From: the human T2T-CHM13v2.0 reference genome, Homo sapiens
DNA length: 64,000 nt
Assembly (NCBI RefSeq): GCF_009914755.1
Contig: NC_060934.1
Direction: 5' to 3' (one strand)
The translations under genes and the position numbers were made by a program. Positions 50,034 to 64,000 of this stretch are shown piece by piece. How positions within the stretch are numbered: the stretch's first letter is position 1; each line of letters starts with the position of its first letter. A model generated the notes under the pieces. That model saw only the letters and a list, made by a program, of their open reading frames with translations, did no database searches and was not told the DNA's origin.

Positions 50034-52269
50034 ACAATGGGTATATAGAACAGAATTTAGGACAACATTGTCTCAGTAAGTGAAACCTGAAACCTAAGTA
50101 GGAAGCTAGAAAGAACAAACAGAAACAGAATGAAGTATTCAGTGTACTGGAACATTGCATTCAAGAGTGTTAATGCTTAGGATTAACTTGGAGAGGAAGT
50201 TAATGGTTCAATCATAAAGTTGTTTATGTTGAACTTGCTTAAGATACTTGGGTAACGATTGAAGGACATTTTAGGAAGAGCACTCAAAATGCAGTGGATT
50301 GGAGAAAAACAGAACTAAAGGCAGGGAGATGATCTAAGAAGCTTTTGCAAATGGTTGCATGGTTGGGAGGATGGAGTGACAGAGAGAATGGGAAATGACA
50401 TCCAATGGGTAGAGGTTTCTTTTTGAGATAATGAAAATGTGATGGTTGCACAGCTATGTGAATAAACAGGAAACAACTGAATTGTATATTTTAAAGTGGC
50501 AAATTGTATGGTTATATGAATATATCTCAATAAATTTTTTTAAAAGAGACTTTTATAGTAGTCTAATTGAGAGTAGATGGTGGCCTGTACTAAAGTGGTG
50601 TTAATAGAGGCAGGAGTAAAAGTGTGTCAATTTAATAGGCAAAATAGGGTTGAGTAGGTATTTGGATATTCAGAGCAGTCATTTGAAAACAAGTATAAGC
50701 TAAAAATGAGGGGGTCTCAGCATATAGATGATAATTGAAACCATGAGAGTAGATTAGATCATATCCAGAGAAAGTATATACGGTAAGAATTGTAGGTAAC
50801 CTGGGAATCCAGGCCTGAGAAATGCTAAGGAATGGGGAGAAGGAAAGAAGCCTACAAAAGAGATAGAGAAGACTTCTTTATCCATTATTAATTACAATAA
50901 TGTCCAACAAATAATAGGTGATCAACAAATATTGGTGGAATGAATTGAATGAATATACACTAAAAATTCTGCATTTTATCACAGTCTCAGGGCACTGTTG
51001 TCATCGTCAGCTGTACTCTGTAATAGGCACTGCCTTGAACACTTTGCTTACATTATCCTATTCAATCATCACAATAATTCCACAAGAAACATAGTCTCTG
51101 AAATAGTAGCTTGTTTACCATCACATGGCTGGATGAACTTATATATCTGAGTCTAAAGTTTATTTTTTCTACTAGGCCTAATATTCCCCGAATCTGTTCT
51201 GAGAATGTTAACAGATATTTACTAACAAAAATAACAATAGAACTATTTCAGGGAAAGAACAGGATTATTAGAAATTGATTTTTATTAATAGGATGCTTGC
51301 TGGCAGGGGCAATGGAGCAGTTTTTTAAGGAAAGAAGCATAACATACTAGTTATTCAGTTAGAATAGATTCTTAATATTTATGAAAATCTTGTGTTTTGC
51401 CCTGTCTCACTTGGTGGTATTGTAATCATCTGAGAATCTATCCTATAAGTTATGTGATATATGCTATTTTCCTTATCAGTCTATTTCAGTTTTGATTTCC
51501 TCATCATCCTTTGCAGTCTGCTTGTTGCTGTTTCTCAGTTTTGACATTTAATTTCTTTTAGTTGTGCTTTACAGTTTTTCTGAGATGCCTCATTGAGTTT
51601 TCTGTATAAAATTTCATATCTTTGGCTTATCTTGCAACTCTTTTAGTACCTAGGTGTCATTCTTCATCATTCTATTATGAATTGAATTAAAGCATATGGC
51701 ATTATTTCAGAAGTGACTGCCTCTTGGGCATCATTGTCAGTTATATTGTCCTAAATATTGCATTTAGGTAATAAAAAGGAAATCTTCCTTGAAGGTAAAG
51801 TTAATATTAATAGAAATCTTTCCATATGTCGTTAAAGACTCTTGTTATGAAGTTTAATATGCCATTTATTTAGGCCTTATTTAAATTCAGTTGTAAATTT
51901 TTTCCTTCTGGCTCCTTACCTTAGTGAACTGTCATCTCTTATCATCATACTCTTTGCTCGAAAACCTTCATGTGTTGCTTTCTACCCTCAGGATGTTGCC
52001 TAAATTTCTTGAAGTGGTATTTACTGATCTGGCCTACATCTACCTTTCCCATTAGTCTCTTCCTTCCCACATAGTTGCTTTGTCGGTATACTCCTAATAG
52101 TCTTTTATTTCTGTTTTTCATTGTTTTTGTTAATATTATATTCTTGTTTCCCAATCTGTGCACTAAGTCCCCTTGGGGTGCTGTAGCAAACCCACAGAGA
52201 GTCTTCAGGGTATTTCAAAATTTCAAGGTAAACACAGTGACGTCTATCAGACACAGCATGAACCACTAG

Positions 52270-52578
<309 letters not shown>

Positions 52579-53142
52579 CTGGTATTTCAGTTTTAACATT
52601 AGATTACTACATTCCTTTTGGTGGCATTATACTGTGCGAAACTGAATCTTTGACGGTTTCTGTGATAAAAAGCAAATCAGTGTGAAACAAATGAGGGTGA
52701 TGGTTACCAGTCTGATTCCAAGATTTGAGAATTTTGCAGTGCCTAACAGGTAGAAAATCATTAGGAAATAAACACTTTTGGCTGAAACGAATTATTTAAT
52801 AAATGGAATTTCTTTCATCCTAGGGGCACCATGATAAAATTTCTAACATAGGAAAGGAGGCATGTGCTATATGCTGTATGACTCTTTTTTCTTTCTAGTT
52901 TGTAACCATTTTGGAAGATCATACCCATCCTTCAAAGACCAATTGATACTGCTACCTGTCTTTGGAGGCCTTTCCTGATCCCCTCCACTGCAGTTGATCT
53001 CTCTCATGGGTATTTTCCAGTAATATGCTGCTTTTTTACTATTGCTGTTTAAGTTAAACTAATTGAAGTATTTATTTGAAGTTACCAATAGTGGCCGTGG
53101 TTTTCCTATTCCTCCAGTTAGGTATAATTACTTAAAGTATAA

Positions 53143-53551
<409 letters not shown>

Positions 53552-56500
53552 TTGTTTGTCAATTTCTAATTCTTACAACATCCTTAAAAGATCATAGGTT
53601 ATGTTATCCACATTTTATATTTGAAGAAATTGACGTTTAGCAGTGTTAGTTTTTCTCACACCCACATACCTCCTGACCTTTAGCTATTCTAGTTCCTTTT
53701 CCTTTAATATTGATTATAGAATCAACTTTTTGATATCCTCAAAAATCCATTGAGAGTTTGGTTGGGATTGCATTGAACTTATGAATCAATTTGGGGAGAA
53801 TTAATGTCTTAAGAATATTGAGTTTTCAAATCCATGTACATAATATAGCTCTTCGTTTATATAAGTTGTTTTTTTTTCCTCAGCAGTCTTTTGTAGTGTT
53901 CTACATATATGTCTTGCACATATTTGGTTAAATGTGTTCCTACATGTTTCAATTTTGGTGGTATTGTAAATATTGTTTTCTTAATTTTAATTTTCAACTC
54001 TTCTTTGAAAATTTATAGAAATACATTAGATTTTTATATATTGATCTTAAAGTCTGAGACCTTGATTGACTTACTTTTAATTCTAGAGCATTTATGTGGA
54101 TTCCTTATGATTTTACATATATTCCTTAAACATGCACAGGTTGGTATCTAGCCATAGCCTCAAGGGTTACTCTAGATTTCAACTCATTCTTCTCTGAAAA
54201 TCTTTTTCACAATTTCTAGTCTCCTGGCTCTCCTTGAACACATCTCTTTCTCCTCATTTTAGTGAAAATGCCAGGCTCTATTTGCCTTCTTTCTCCCTCT
54301 CCATGGTGTGGAACTTGCCTCCTGGCAGAGTACCTGCATGATGTCAGGGCACACCTTGTTTCTTTCCTATCAGAGATCACAGTCCTACCATGCCTGTTAT
54401 TCAATGTCTGAAAATTCTGTAGGTGTTTCCTTTTGGTTTTCTGGTTTACAGCACAACAGTAATTCTAGAGCCTGCTACTCACTCATGGCCAGAGCAGAAG
54501 TTAAAGTTTTTAAGGTATACTGTACATATGTGAACCAAGGGAAGGTAGGCAGTTTATTTTAGCTAAAAGAAGGAGCATAATCAAAGGTTATAAACAAGGT
54601 TGAATCTCCATCCTGGAGAATCAAAATCTAGTAGTTGTGACTTTGTATTAGGAACATCATCATTTTTATCTTTTTATTCCCTGGCAGACATGCATTAAAT
54701 GTTTGTTGATTGAGTATCAAAATGATAGGAAATAGATTAGTTGGATGTTGGTGAAACATTGTGTTTTAGATGCTTACAGATGTACTAAAATTTTAACAGA
54801 AATCTTTGCAAATTACTTGTTAAATTTTCCTAAACTGATTTTTAAAAATCTATTTCATTCTCAATTATAACATCTTTACTGAGATTATTAAGTGCTTTGA
54901 AGCAGTTAACGTGGCTTTTTTTTTTAATGGCTGTAAAAAAACTGAATTTTTAGGCTTGTTAAACTCTGGTTTTAGAATGACTTTTGAGTGGAAATCACTG
55001 ATCAAAAGCAAAGTTCTCACATTTTGTCAATATCTGAATGTCAGAAATAGAATGTCAGGCAGTTTCCCATGTTGAAATATTCGATAGTAAAAGGATAGCA
55101 AAGTTGCTGAATATTTCTACTGTTTATCAATTTTTGCCTTGCAGGTTCAAATAATATTTATTTGTAGTGGAAATATTTCAATTCATTTAAATCCTGATTA
55201 TGGAGTAGTTAGTAAATCAGGTTTAAGCCTGACAGTGAGTTGATATAGCTCTTACTTCAGACTGTAGTTTGAACATGTAGACTCTCTGATTATAACTAGG
55301 CTAAATTATATAATAATGACTTTATTTTCACTGAACAAAGTTTGCTATTATTTTGATGACAAATTATTTAAGTAATCATAGTAAAAGTTGCTATTGGCTC
55401 TGGGTTTTATTTATTTTGCTATATATAGTAGACATGGTTGATCATTTAATCATGCCTTATAGATAAATAAAAGTAAGTTATAGAATAACACAGAAATTTT
55501 CTGCTAAATTTATACTTTCACTAAATTTAATAACAATAGAAATTCTCTGTTAAATTTACACTTTCACTAATTGTAGAATAAAGTATTTTAAGTTAGGCAT
55601 TTATACTGAGACATTTTATGATATTAACTGCTTCATGTTATTTACTCATTTTGATAAATGGAGTGATAATATCCAAAATGGAATAAATTAAGTTTAAATT
55701 ATTGTTATTCTTTAAAGGAATGATTTAGCTACAGTATGTTTGTCCCACCTTTTAATTTTGAACATTTTCTAACTTACAGAATAGTAAAATGAACTTTTCT
55801 ATACCTTTCACATTGATCCACCAATTGTTAACATTTCAACACATTTGTGTTCTCTCTTTAAATAAATGTATGTGTGTGTATTTTCCTCAGAACCATTCTG
55901 AAGTATTTATTCCTTATTCAAGAAATTAAGCATTGATACTGTTTTCTGATGTGTGATCAAGATTCCAGATGTCGCAGTTATTCTGGTAGTGTCCTTGATA
56001 GCTGTTTAATTTTATTCTCAGTCCAGGATCCAATAAGAATCACACATTACATGTATTAGTACTATTTCTTTAATATACTTTCCTCCCACCTTTTTGGTTA
56101 AGGCATTTTCTTCAAGAGTCCAACCCAGTTGATTGTAATATGTGCCACCTTGTGGACTTAATCTCATGATTTTAGGCAATAATAGTACGTAAGTGACACT
56201 GTGTATTTCCCATTGCATCACATCGTAAGGTTTATGGCTTTATTGATAATGCTAATTGATAATGGTTAAGATAGCATCCCTCAGATTTTTTGCTTAGAAC
56301 CTTCTTCCCTTTCCCCATTCCATGTTTGTGTTTTCCTTATCCTGTTCAGCAAACCTAGTTCCCAACAGCATCAACTTTATATTCATTTGCTCTATCCTAC
56401 AATACGCACAAAATAGTTTCACCAATAACATAACCAACAATAAACCTACTAAATAAAGTTTGATTTATTTGTTGTTTTTGTTCCTTATAATTATTCCATT

Positions 56501-56991
56501 AAGACTGTATTGTCATAAGAGCATACTGAAAAATTATTTGCATTATTTTTTCTATGTGCTTATGTTACAATTTGATACCTTCTTTGATTTTTCATTCTTG
56601 TTATATTCAACTTCATAATTTGTTTTTCTTCTAATGGAATTTGAAATTAAAATTAAATTTTATTATTTGAAAATGCAAAATTTTAACATGTTTCAGAAGT
56701 CAAATTTGTATGGAATGCTATATTCAGAGAACTCTTCTATTCCTATTCCTCTACTCCTTTCCCACTCACTCTCATAGAAAAGCATTTTTCATTTCTAGTT
56801 TATTCTTTCTGTGTTTCTTTTTATAAAATTAGCAAACACAAAATTATATATACATTCTAATATATGTATATAGTATAGTATCTATACTAAAAGAATATAT
56901 ATGGTTGAGTGAGGTGGCTTGCACCTATAGTCCCAACTACTCAGAAGACTGAGCTGGGAGGATCTGTTGAATTCAGGAGTTCGAGGCAAGA

Positions 56992-56993
<2 letters not shown>

Positions 56994-57034
<41 letters not shown>
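56994..57034. repeat. (AC)20 microsatellite
   Basis: Perfect dinucleotide run. Confidence 0.95.
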
Positions 57035-57035
<1 letters not shown>

Positions 57036-57039
57036 TCTC

Positions 57040-58075
57040 TTTTATGTAATAAAAACCATAACATTAACTCTACCATCTTAACCATTTTTAAATGTACCAA
57101 TTAGTATACGCATGTTGTTACATAGTCAACCTCTAGAAATTTTTCATCTTGCAACACTGAAACTCTGTACCCATTAAACTCTTAATTCTCTGACTTCCCT
57201 CCCTGACGTCCTTGGCAACCAACATTCTACTTATGTTTCTATGATTTTGACTACTTCAGATACTTCCTATGAATGGAATCATACAATATGTGTCTTTTTT
57301 GTGACAGACCTTATATAACTTAGCAAGTTCTTGATGTTCATCTATGTTGTAGCATGTGACAGGATTTCCTTCTTTTGTTTCTTTATCCTTTAATTGTTGA
57401 TAGATGTCTGGGTTGCTTGTACTTCTTGGCTATCATGAATATTGCTGCGGTGAACATGGACATGCAAATATATCTTTGAGATCCTGCTTTGAATTCTTTT
57501 GACTGTATACCCAGAAGTGAGGTTGCTTGATTATATGTTAATTTAATTTTTAATATTTCTTTCAGGAACTTCCATACCATTTTAGTAGTGGCTGTACCAT
57601 GTTACATTTCCACCAACACTGCACAAGGGTTCATTCACTTCTCCACATTTTGCCAGCATTTTTTGTTTTCTGTGTTTTCGGTAGTAACCATCCTGATCAG
57701 TGTGAAGTGATATCTCATTGTGGTTTTGATTTCCCTGATGATTACTGATGTTGAACATCTTTTCTTGTGCTTATTGGCCATTTATATATCATTTTTGGAG
57801 AAATGTCTATTCAAGTCCTTTGCCCATTTTAAGATCATGTTATTTGTATTTTTATTGTTCATTTAGAAGTTTGTTATATATTCTGGATATTAACCTTTCA
57901 TTGGATATATGGTTTGGAAATAAGTTGCCTTTTCACTCTGTTGATTGCCTCCTTTGCCATGCAGAAGTTAAGCTTGATATAATCACATTTATCTATTTTT
58001 GCTTTTGTTGCCTGTGCTTTTGTTCCATATTTATGAAATCATTGCTAAATCCAATGTCCTGAAGCTGTCCCCCAT
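57040..58075 (-). mobile_element. L1MA/MB-like 3' end
   Basis: Minus ORF 57383-57580 resembles the L1 ORF2 C-terminus (VWKFLKE...YNQATSLLGI...MFTAAIFMIAK). Confidence 0.75.
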
Positions 58076-58879
58076 ATTTGAAAATAATATTAAGTTTTAT
58101 TTTTTAAACAAAGCTTTTTACCTTTGAGACTTGATTTTTTTTTGAAGTTAACAAAATATCCTGGAAATTACTTTGTATAGAAGGAGTGTTCCACAGAGCT
58201 TTTCCTTTTTTTGTGTTGTTTTGCTGGGATTTTTGAATGGCTGTGTGGTATTCCATTGTGTGGATATATCATAATTTAATCGACTGATCTTCTACAGGTG
58301 GACTTCTAGTTTATTTCCAACATTTTGCCATTACAAATAACATCTCAATACTTATATATGTGTTGTTTTATATTGTGGATGAGTCTGTAGAAGTGGGATT
58401 GCTGGTCATTAAGCTGTTACTATGTCTCATTCTTACAGTTCTGTCTTTGTTACTTTTTCCTCTCCTCATCCTTTTACCTCTCAAATATGCATGTATTTCT
58501 TTTCTATTCCAAATATTTGAGAACAGATTTTATCAAAATCTATTTTGATATCTTTTGACTTTGTATGTAGATTATTTGTAGGTTATTTTGCTACCTGTAA
58601 GTCTTTGAAACTAAACAGGTGTTACCTATAGAATCACTATAGAATATTAGAACCCTCAGGGATTTGAGCTAATTATAAAAGGTAAAAAGTTCAAATCTGT
58701 GAAACATATGCATCTTACAAGAAATCCATTAAAGCTTATAATAATTACTTCAATGAAAAAATGAGATATTTGTAACTAGAACTGTAACACTATTTCTGAA
58801 TTTTTAAAAGAATTTTTTTAGATATGAGCATGTTTTAGCTTAATTTATATATGAATTACTACAATAAGTATGACAATCA

Positions 58880-59140
58880 TAGTAACAGCCACAGCTAATA
58901 TATGTTGTTGACTATGTGCTGGGTACCATGCTCAGCAATGCAAGTACATTAATTTACATCATTTCAATTAGTCCTCAACGACCTTATGAGATGTATTTGT
59001 AATTATATCTCCACTTTAAACATGAGTGAAATGAGAAATGTTAAGAGATATGCTCTAACATGCTCTAACTCATGCAGCTAGTAAGTGGCAGAAGCAAGAT
59101 TTGAACCCAGAGAGTCTTCAATCAAGATGGATTCTGCTCT
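58880..59140 (-). mobile_element. MIR
   Basis: MIR core-like motif CAGCTAGTAAGTGGCAGAAGCAAGATTTGAACCCAG. Confidence 0.65.
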
Positions 59141-59446
59141 TTTTATGACAATGCTAGACTTCTTATATTGGGACCCACTATTATTTTCCTATATCAGGCC
59201 AGCATTTGTCTTAAGGTCTGTATGATTTTAGCTGCTGAGTCCTTAACAACTTTATGTACTTTATTTCTCTCCCCAAAGCAGTATAAGATATTACATGGTT
59301 GTTATATTAAGTTTTTTTAATCGTAAGTGATAGCACAGAATTGAAATCCCATTCATAACAGCTACAGTTTCTCACAAAGCATTCTTGTCACATCACTATC
59401 TGTGGCAGAATATTAAACTATGTGTACCATTTTTTTGCCCCATTAA

Positions 59447-59650
<204 letters not shown>

Positions 59651-61065
59651 TAATTCCAAGGGAACCACTATACTAATTGGCTATTTTAACACTGGTAAAA
59701 TATGAATTCCAATGTGAATTTGGAATTTTGACTTTATAATTCCTTTTAATGTTTGATAAATGCTTATTCCTTATATCAGTTTTCCTGTATTGTTTTTAAA
59801 TTTACTTTTGTTAAACATGCAGTTGAATTCATGAGGCATAATGGAATAAAAGTTTGAGGTTATTTAGTCCAGTCACTACTTTTTATAATTAGAATCAGAA
59901 AAGGCTGATAGCTTGCTCAATGCCTTGTAGCTTGCTCAACACCTTGTAGCTAATTTGTTGCAAAACTTGAATTAGAAACAATGTTCTTTTCACCATATCC
60001 TGAGGTTGGAATACGAGAGAGAGAGACAGAGAGACAGAGAGAGAGTGTGTGTGTGTATTTTATGTATATAAAATACAACATTACATTCAGGCTCGTAAGA
60101 CTTAGTCATCTAAATGGTCATCTAAACCATTTCTGGCAAATAGTAATTCATTCATATTGAATAAACTCAGTCGTGGGTAGTATACCACTAACAAAACAAC
60201 CAAGTATATTTCTATACACCCTTACTTATTAGAAAAGTATTCTTAATATGAACTTGAAATATCTCTCTCAGGCCCCTCCATATATTGGTTGGTTGTTCTT
60301 TTGTACCCACATGGAGATACTCCTTCAGTGTATTCATGCATTGCTAACGTTATTACCATATCAGCACAGGCTTTTTTCCCCTTTGCAAGGGAAAAACAAA
60401 ATAACTGCCCTAGCTATTATATTGTTGGGATAATCAAAGATGACCTCTTTTTAAATAGTGATTCACTAGAAATTTTGCATTACTTATAGTTGGAAATATG
60501 TAGTCTGTCCTCCTCCATTCCCTATCTCCTTTCTTTTCCCATCTTCTCTTCCTTTCTTTTTTTCCCTTTTCATCCTCCTTTATTTTCTTCCCCCTCTCCA
60601 CCACGACCTTGCTCCATTTCTTCTATTTACCCACTTTATTGCTCACTACTTGACCTTCAGCAGAGGTATATTAAGGAATGGACTATTCTAGAGACTGGGG
60701 ATCAATAAGCACAGTATTTACTAAATAACCAAAATACAATATTCAAAAATTATTAGGGTATGAAAGGCATTTTCAGATCTTTCCTTTAATTTTGTTTTTT
60801 ATATACAGGAGAACTTTATGGTTTTAAGATTACAGTAAACATTGAAATATGGGATTCAGGGATTTTAAAAAAAAACAACTAAAAATGTTGAAATATGTTT
60901 GTTTAGACCTTTGCCCTTAGTTTTCCCAAGACCAGCCTTAATCTGTAGGTGCAAAGTTTTCCCATTAGTGAGAAGTAGGTCAGATTTTCTTCTGATATCA
61001 CTTAGGCTACAGTAAAATTACTAAATTGTTTTAGTATGCTAAATTGCTGTCCTAAAGAACAGTTA

Positions 61066-61483
<418 letters not shown>

Positions 61484-61581
61484 CTAAATCATTATCTAAA
61501 TTCTGGAAGCTAATACAGTTGGATCAATTGTTTTGGATAGGTCCAGTAACCTTTGCTGCCACTATCAAAAACTCAGAAATT

Positions 61582-61893
<312 letters not shown>

Positions 61894-62001
61894 TCAGAAA
61901 TTGAAGTGTTTGGGTAATGCAGTATCTTTCTTGATCCAGGTTCTTCCTCTTCAAAGTCAGAATCAAATACGTTGGGATAATAAGAATACTCATATTTTTC
62001 T

Positions 62002-62303
62002 GGTCGGGCATGGCAGCTCATGCCTGTAATCCCAGCACTTTGGGAGGCCGAGGCGGGTGGATCATTTGAGGCCAGGAGTTATGAGACCAGCCTGGCCAAC
62101 ATGGTGAAACTCCACCTCTACTAAAAATACAAAAAAATTAGCCGAGCATCATGGCGGGCACTTGTAATCCCAGCTACTTGGGAGACTGAGGCAAGGAAAT
62201 TGCTTGAACCCGGAGGCGGAGGTTGCAGTGAGCCAAGACGGAGCCATTGCTCTTCTCTAGCCTGGGCAACAAGAACGAAACTTCATCTGGAAAAAAAAAA
62301 AAA
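62002..62303 (+). mobile_element. AluS
   Basis: Sense Alu with a TSD starting AAGAATACT. Confidence 0.9.
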
Positions 62304-62858
62304 AGAATACTTTTATTTTTCTTTTGGAGAAACTGTAGTTTCCCATCAAAAAGTAGTTTTATTATCAGAATAGAGTTTAGTATCTGGTACCAGAAATGTT
62401 TGCTTTTATTTGGTAGCCATTTTGTCAAAATTTTCCTAAAGTCATAATTACTAAAATATTTTTATAAATTAGGTCTAAATTTTCTTAAGTTTGTAATATA
62501 GTTATTTTGTATATGAATATGTTGATGCATATTACTCTTTCTTTCCTTCATTTACTTGAACATAAACAGATGTATCCTTTAGTAGTAAATTGGCAGATGG
62601 ATGAGTGGAAATACGTTTTGGAAGAGAATTGAGGTTTTTTTTTTTAACAGTGTAATCGAACATATTACCAAAGTCTGAAATGATAAGATTTTTTTTGTAA
62701 GCTATAACTGTTACAATTTAATTAGAAAAAGAGAAAAATTGGCAAGTAATTTTTTAAATTCTGGAGCAGTATGAGGAAGGAAAGTATTTTTATTTATAAT
62801 GTAAATAATTATTGTATTTATTTTTAATTAAACAAGCCAAGTGACACTTGTAGCAGGA

Positions 62859-63170
62859 TTTTATTTATTTATTTATTTATTTTTTAGAGATGTGGTTTTG
62901 CCTTGTTGCCTAGGCTGGAGTGCAGTGGCATGATCATAGCTCATTGCAGCCTCAAACTCCTGGGCTCAAGCAATCCTCCCACCTCAGCTTCCTGAGTCCC
63001 TAGGACTATAAGTGTGCACCACTACCCCCAGCTAATTTTTAAAATTATTTTGTAGAGATGGGATCTGGCTGTGTTGCCCAGGCTGACCTCAAACTCCTGG
63101 CATCAAGCAATCCTCCCACCTTGGCCTCTGAAAGAGCTGGGATTTCAGCTTTGAGCTACTGCACCCAACC
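62859..63170 (-). mobile_element. AluJ
   Basis: Antisense Alu with TSD TG(T/C)AGCA(G/A)GATTTTA. Confidence 0.88.
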
Positions 63171-63736
63171 TGCAGCAAGATTTTAAATGCAGTATCCTGC
63201 TTAGATATTCCATTTCTAAAATTGGACCAGTCAGGGGACTTTTCAACTATAGAAAACAATTCTAATTGATTTCAGCCCTTAGAATGTAATGGTTTACAAA
63301 TTAATTCCTCTTAGCGAATATGGTCTACATTTATAAGTGTCTTTTACGAAATTAATTCCATATTTGGCTTTTAAAGGCTTCGATTAAATAGACAATTATA
63401 GTATGTTGATATTTATTTTTATAAAGATATTTTTCTACTTAAAAAATGTTTTTAGTTGCATAGATTTCTTTTTATATAATGAGTTAGCCTTATTTCTTAA
63501 CTGCATTTTGAACTATTAAGGTGTAAAAAGTAGGTCCTATTTTACTATCAAAAGGCAACTTAAATGCCAATTTCTTTCTCAAAATACCAGGTGTTGTTTA
63601 GAACAAAAATTATCATAGATGCCTCAGAAAGTTCTCAAAACAAAATTATTATTTATATTTATTTAAAAATCAATAACATTAGTTTTGAAGAATTAATTAA
63701 AATGTAAATTTTAAACTTTGCAAAAAATATTGGTAA

Positions 63737-63961
<225 letters not shown>

Positions 63962-64000
63962 TAGTTGTTGTCTGATATATATTTTAAAATAATTATCTTT

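Noticed and set aside
55125-55150. TTTTTGCCTTGCAG|GTTCAA as a recursive splice site
   Set aside because: The reconstituted donor (GTTCAA) is far from consensus, and such AG-GT sites are frequent by chance.

Overview
Human (primate) genomic DNA, almost entirely intronic sequence of the adenosine kinase gene ADK on the + strand. Two coding exons lie near the end: 59471-59643 (173 nt) and 63802-63910 (109 nt). The upstream ~59 kb is one large, repeat-dense intron. It contains a full-length RPSA retrocopy that still has an open 293-aa ORF, a disabled antisense TIMM9 retrocopy that the ORF track misses, and a full-length but dead L1PA8-like element bracketed by two AluYs. It also holds a very young AluYb8 with a perfect TSD, about 30 other Alus, old L1M/L2/MIR relics, solo LTRs and Tigger-family DNA transposons. 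I find no evidence of a novel multi-gene system. The most unusual signals are small-scale rearrangement scars: a templated 35-nt replacement in L1 ORF1, an internally primed L1 RT fragment with a TSD, a duplicated Alu-plus-flank segment and a palindrome-linked duplication. Also notable are a ~133-bp monomer array at an old L1 5' end and a candidate HNF4/FOXA liver enhancer. Repeat family names and pseudogene symbols come from recall and were not verified by a search. Repeat coordinates are approximate.
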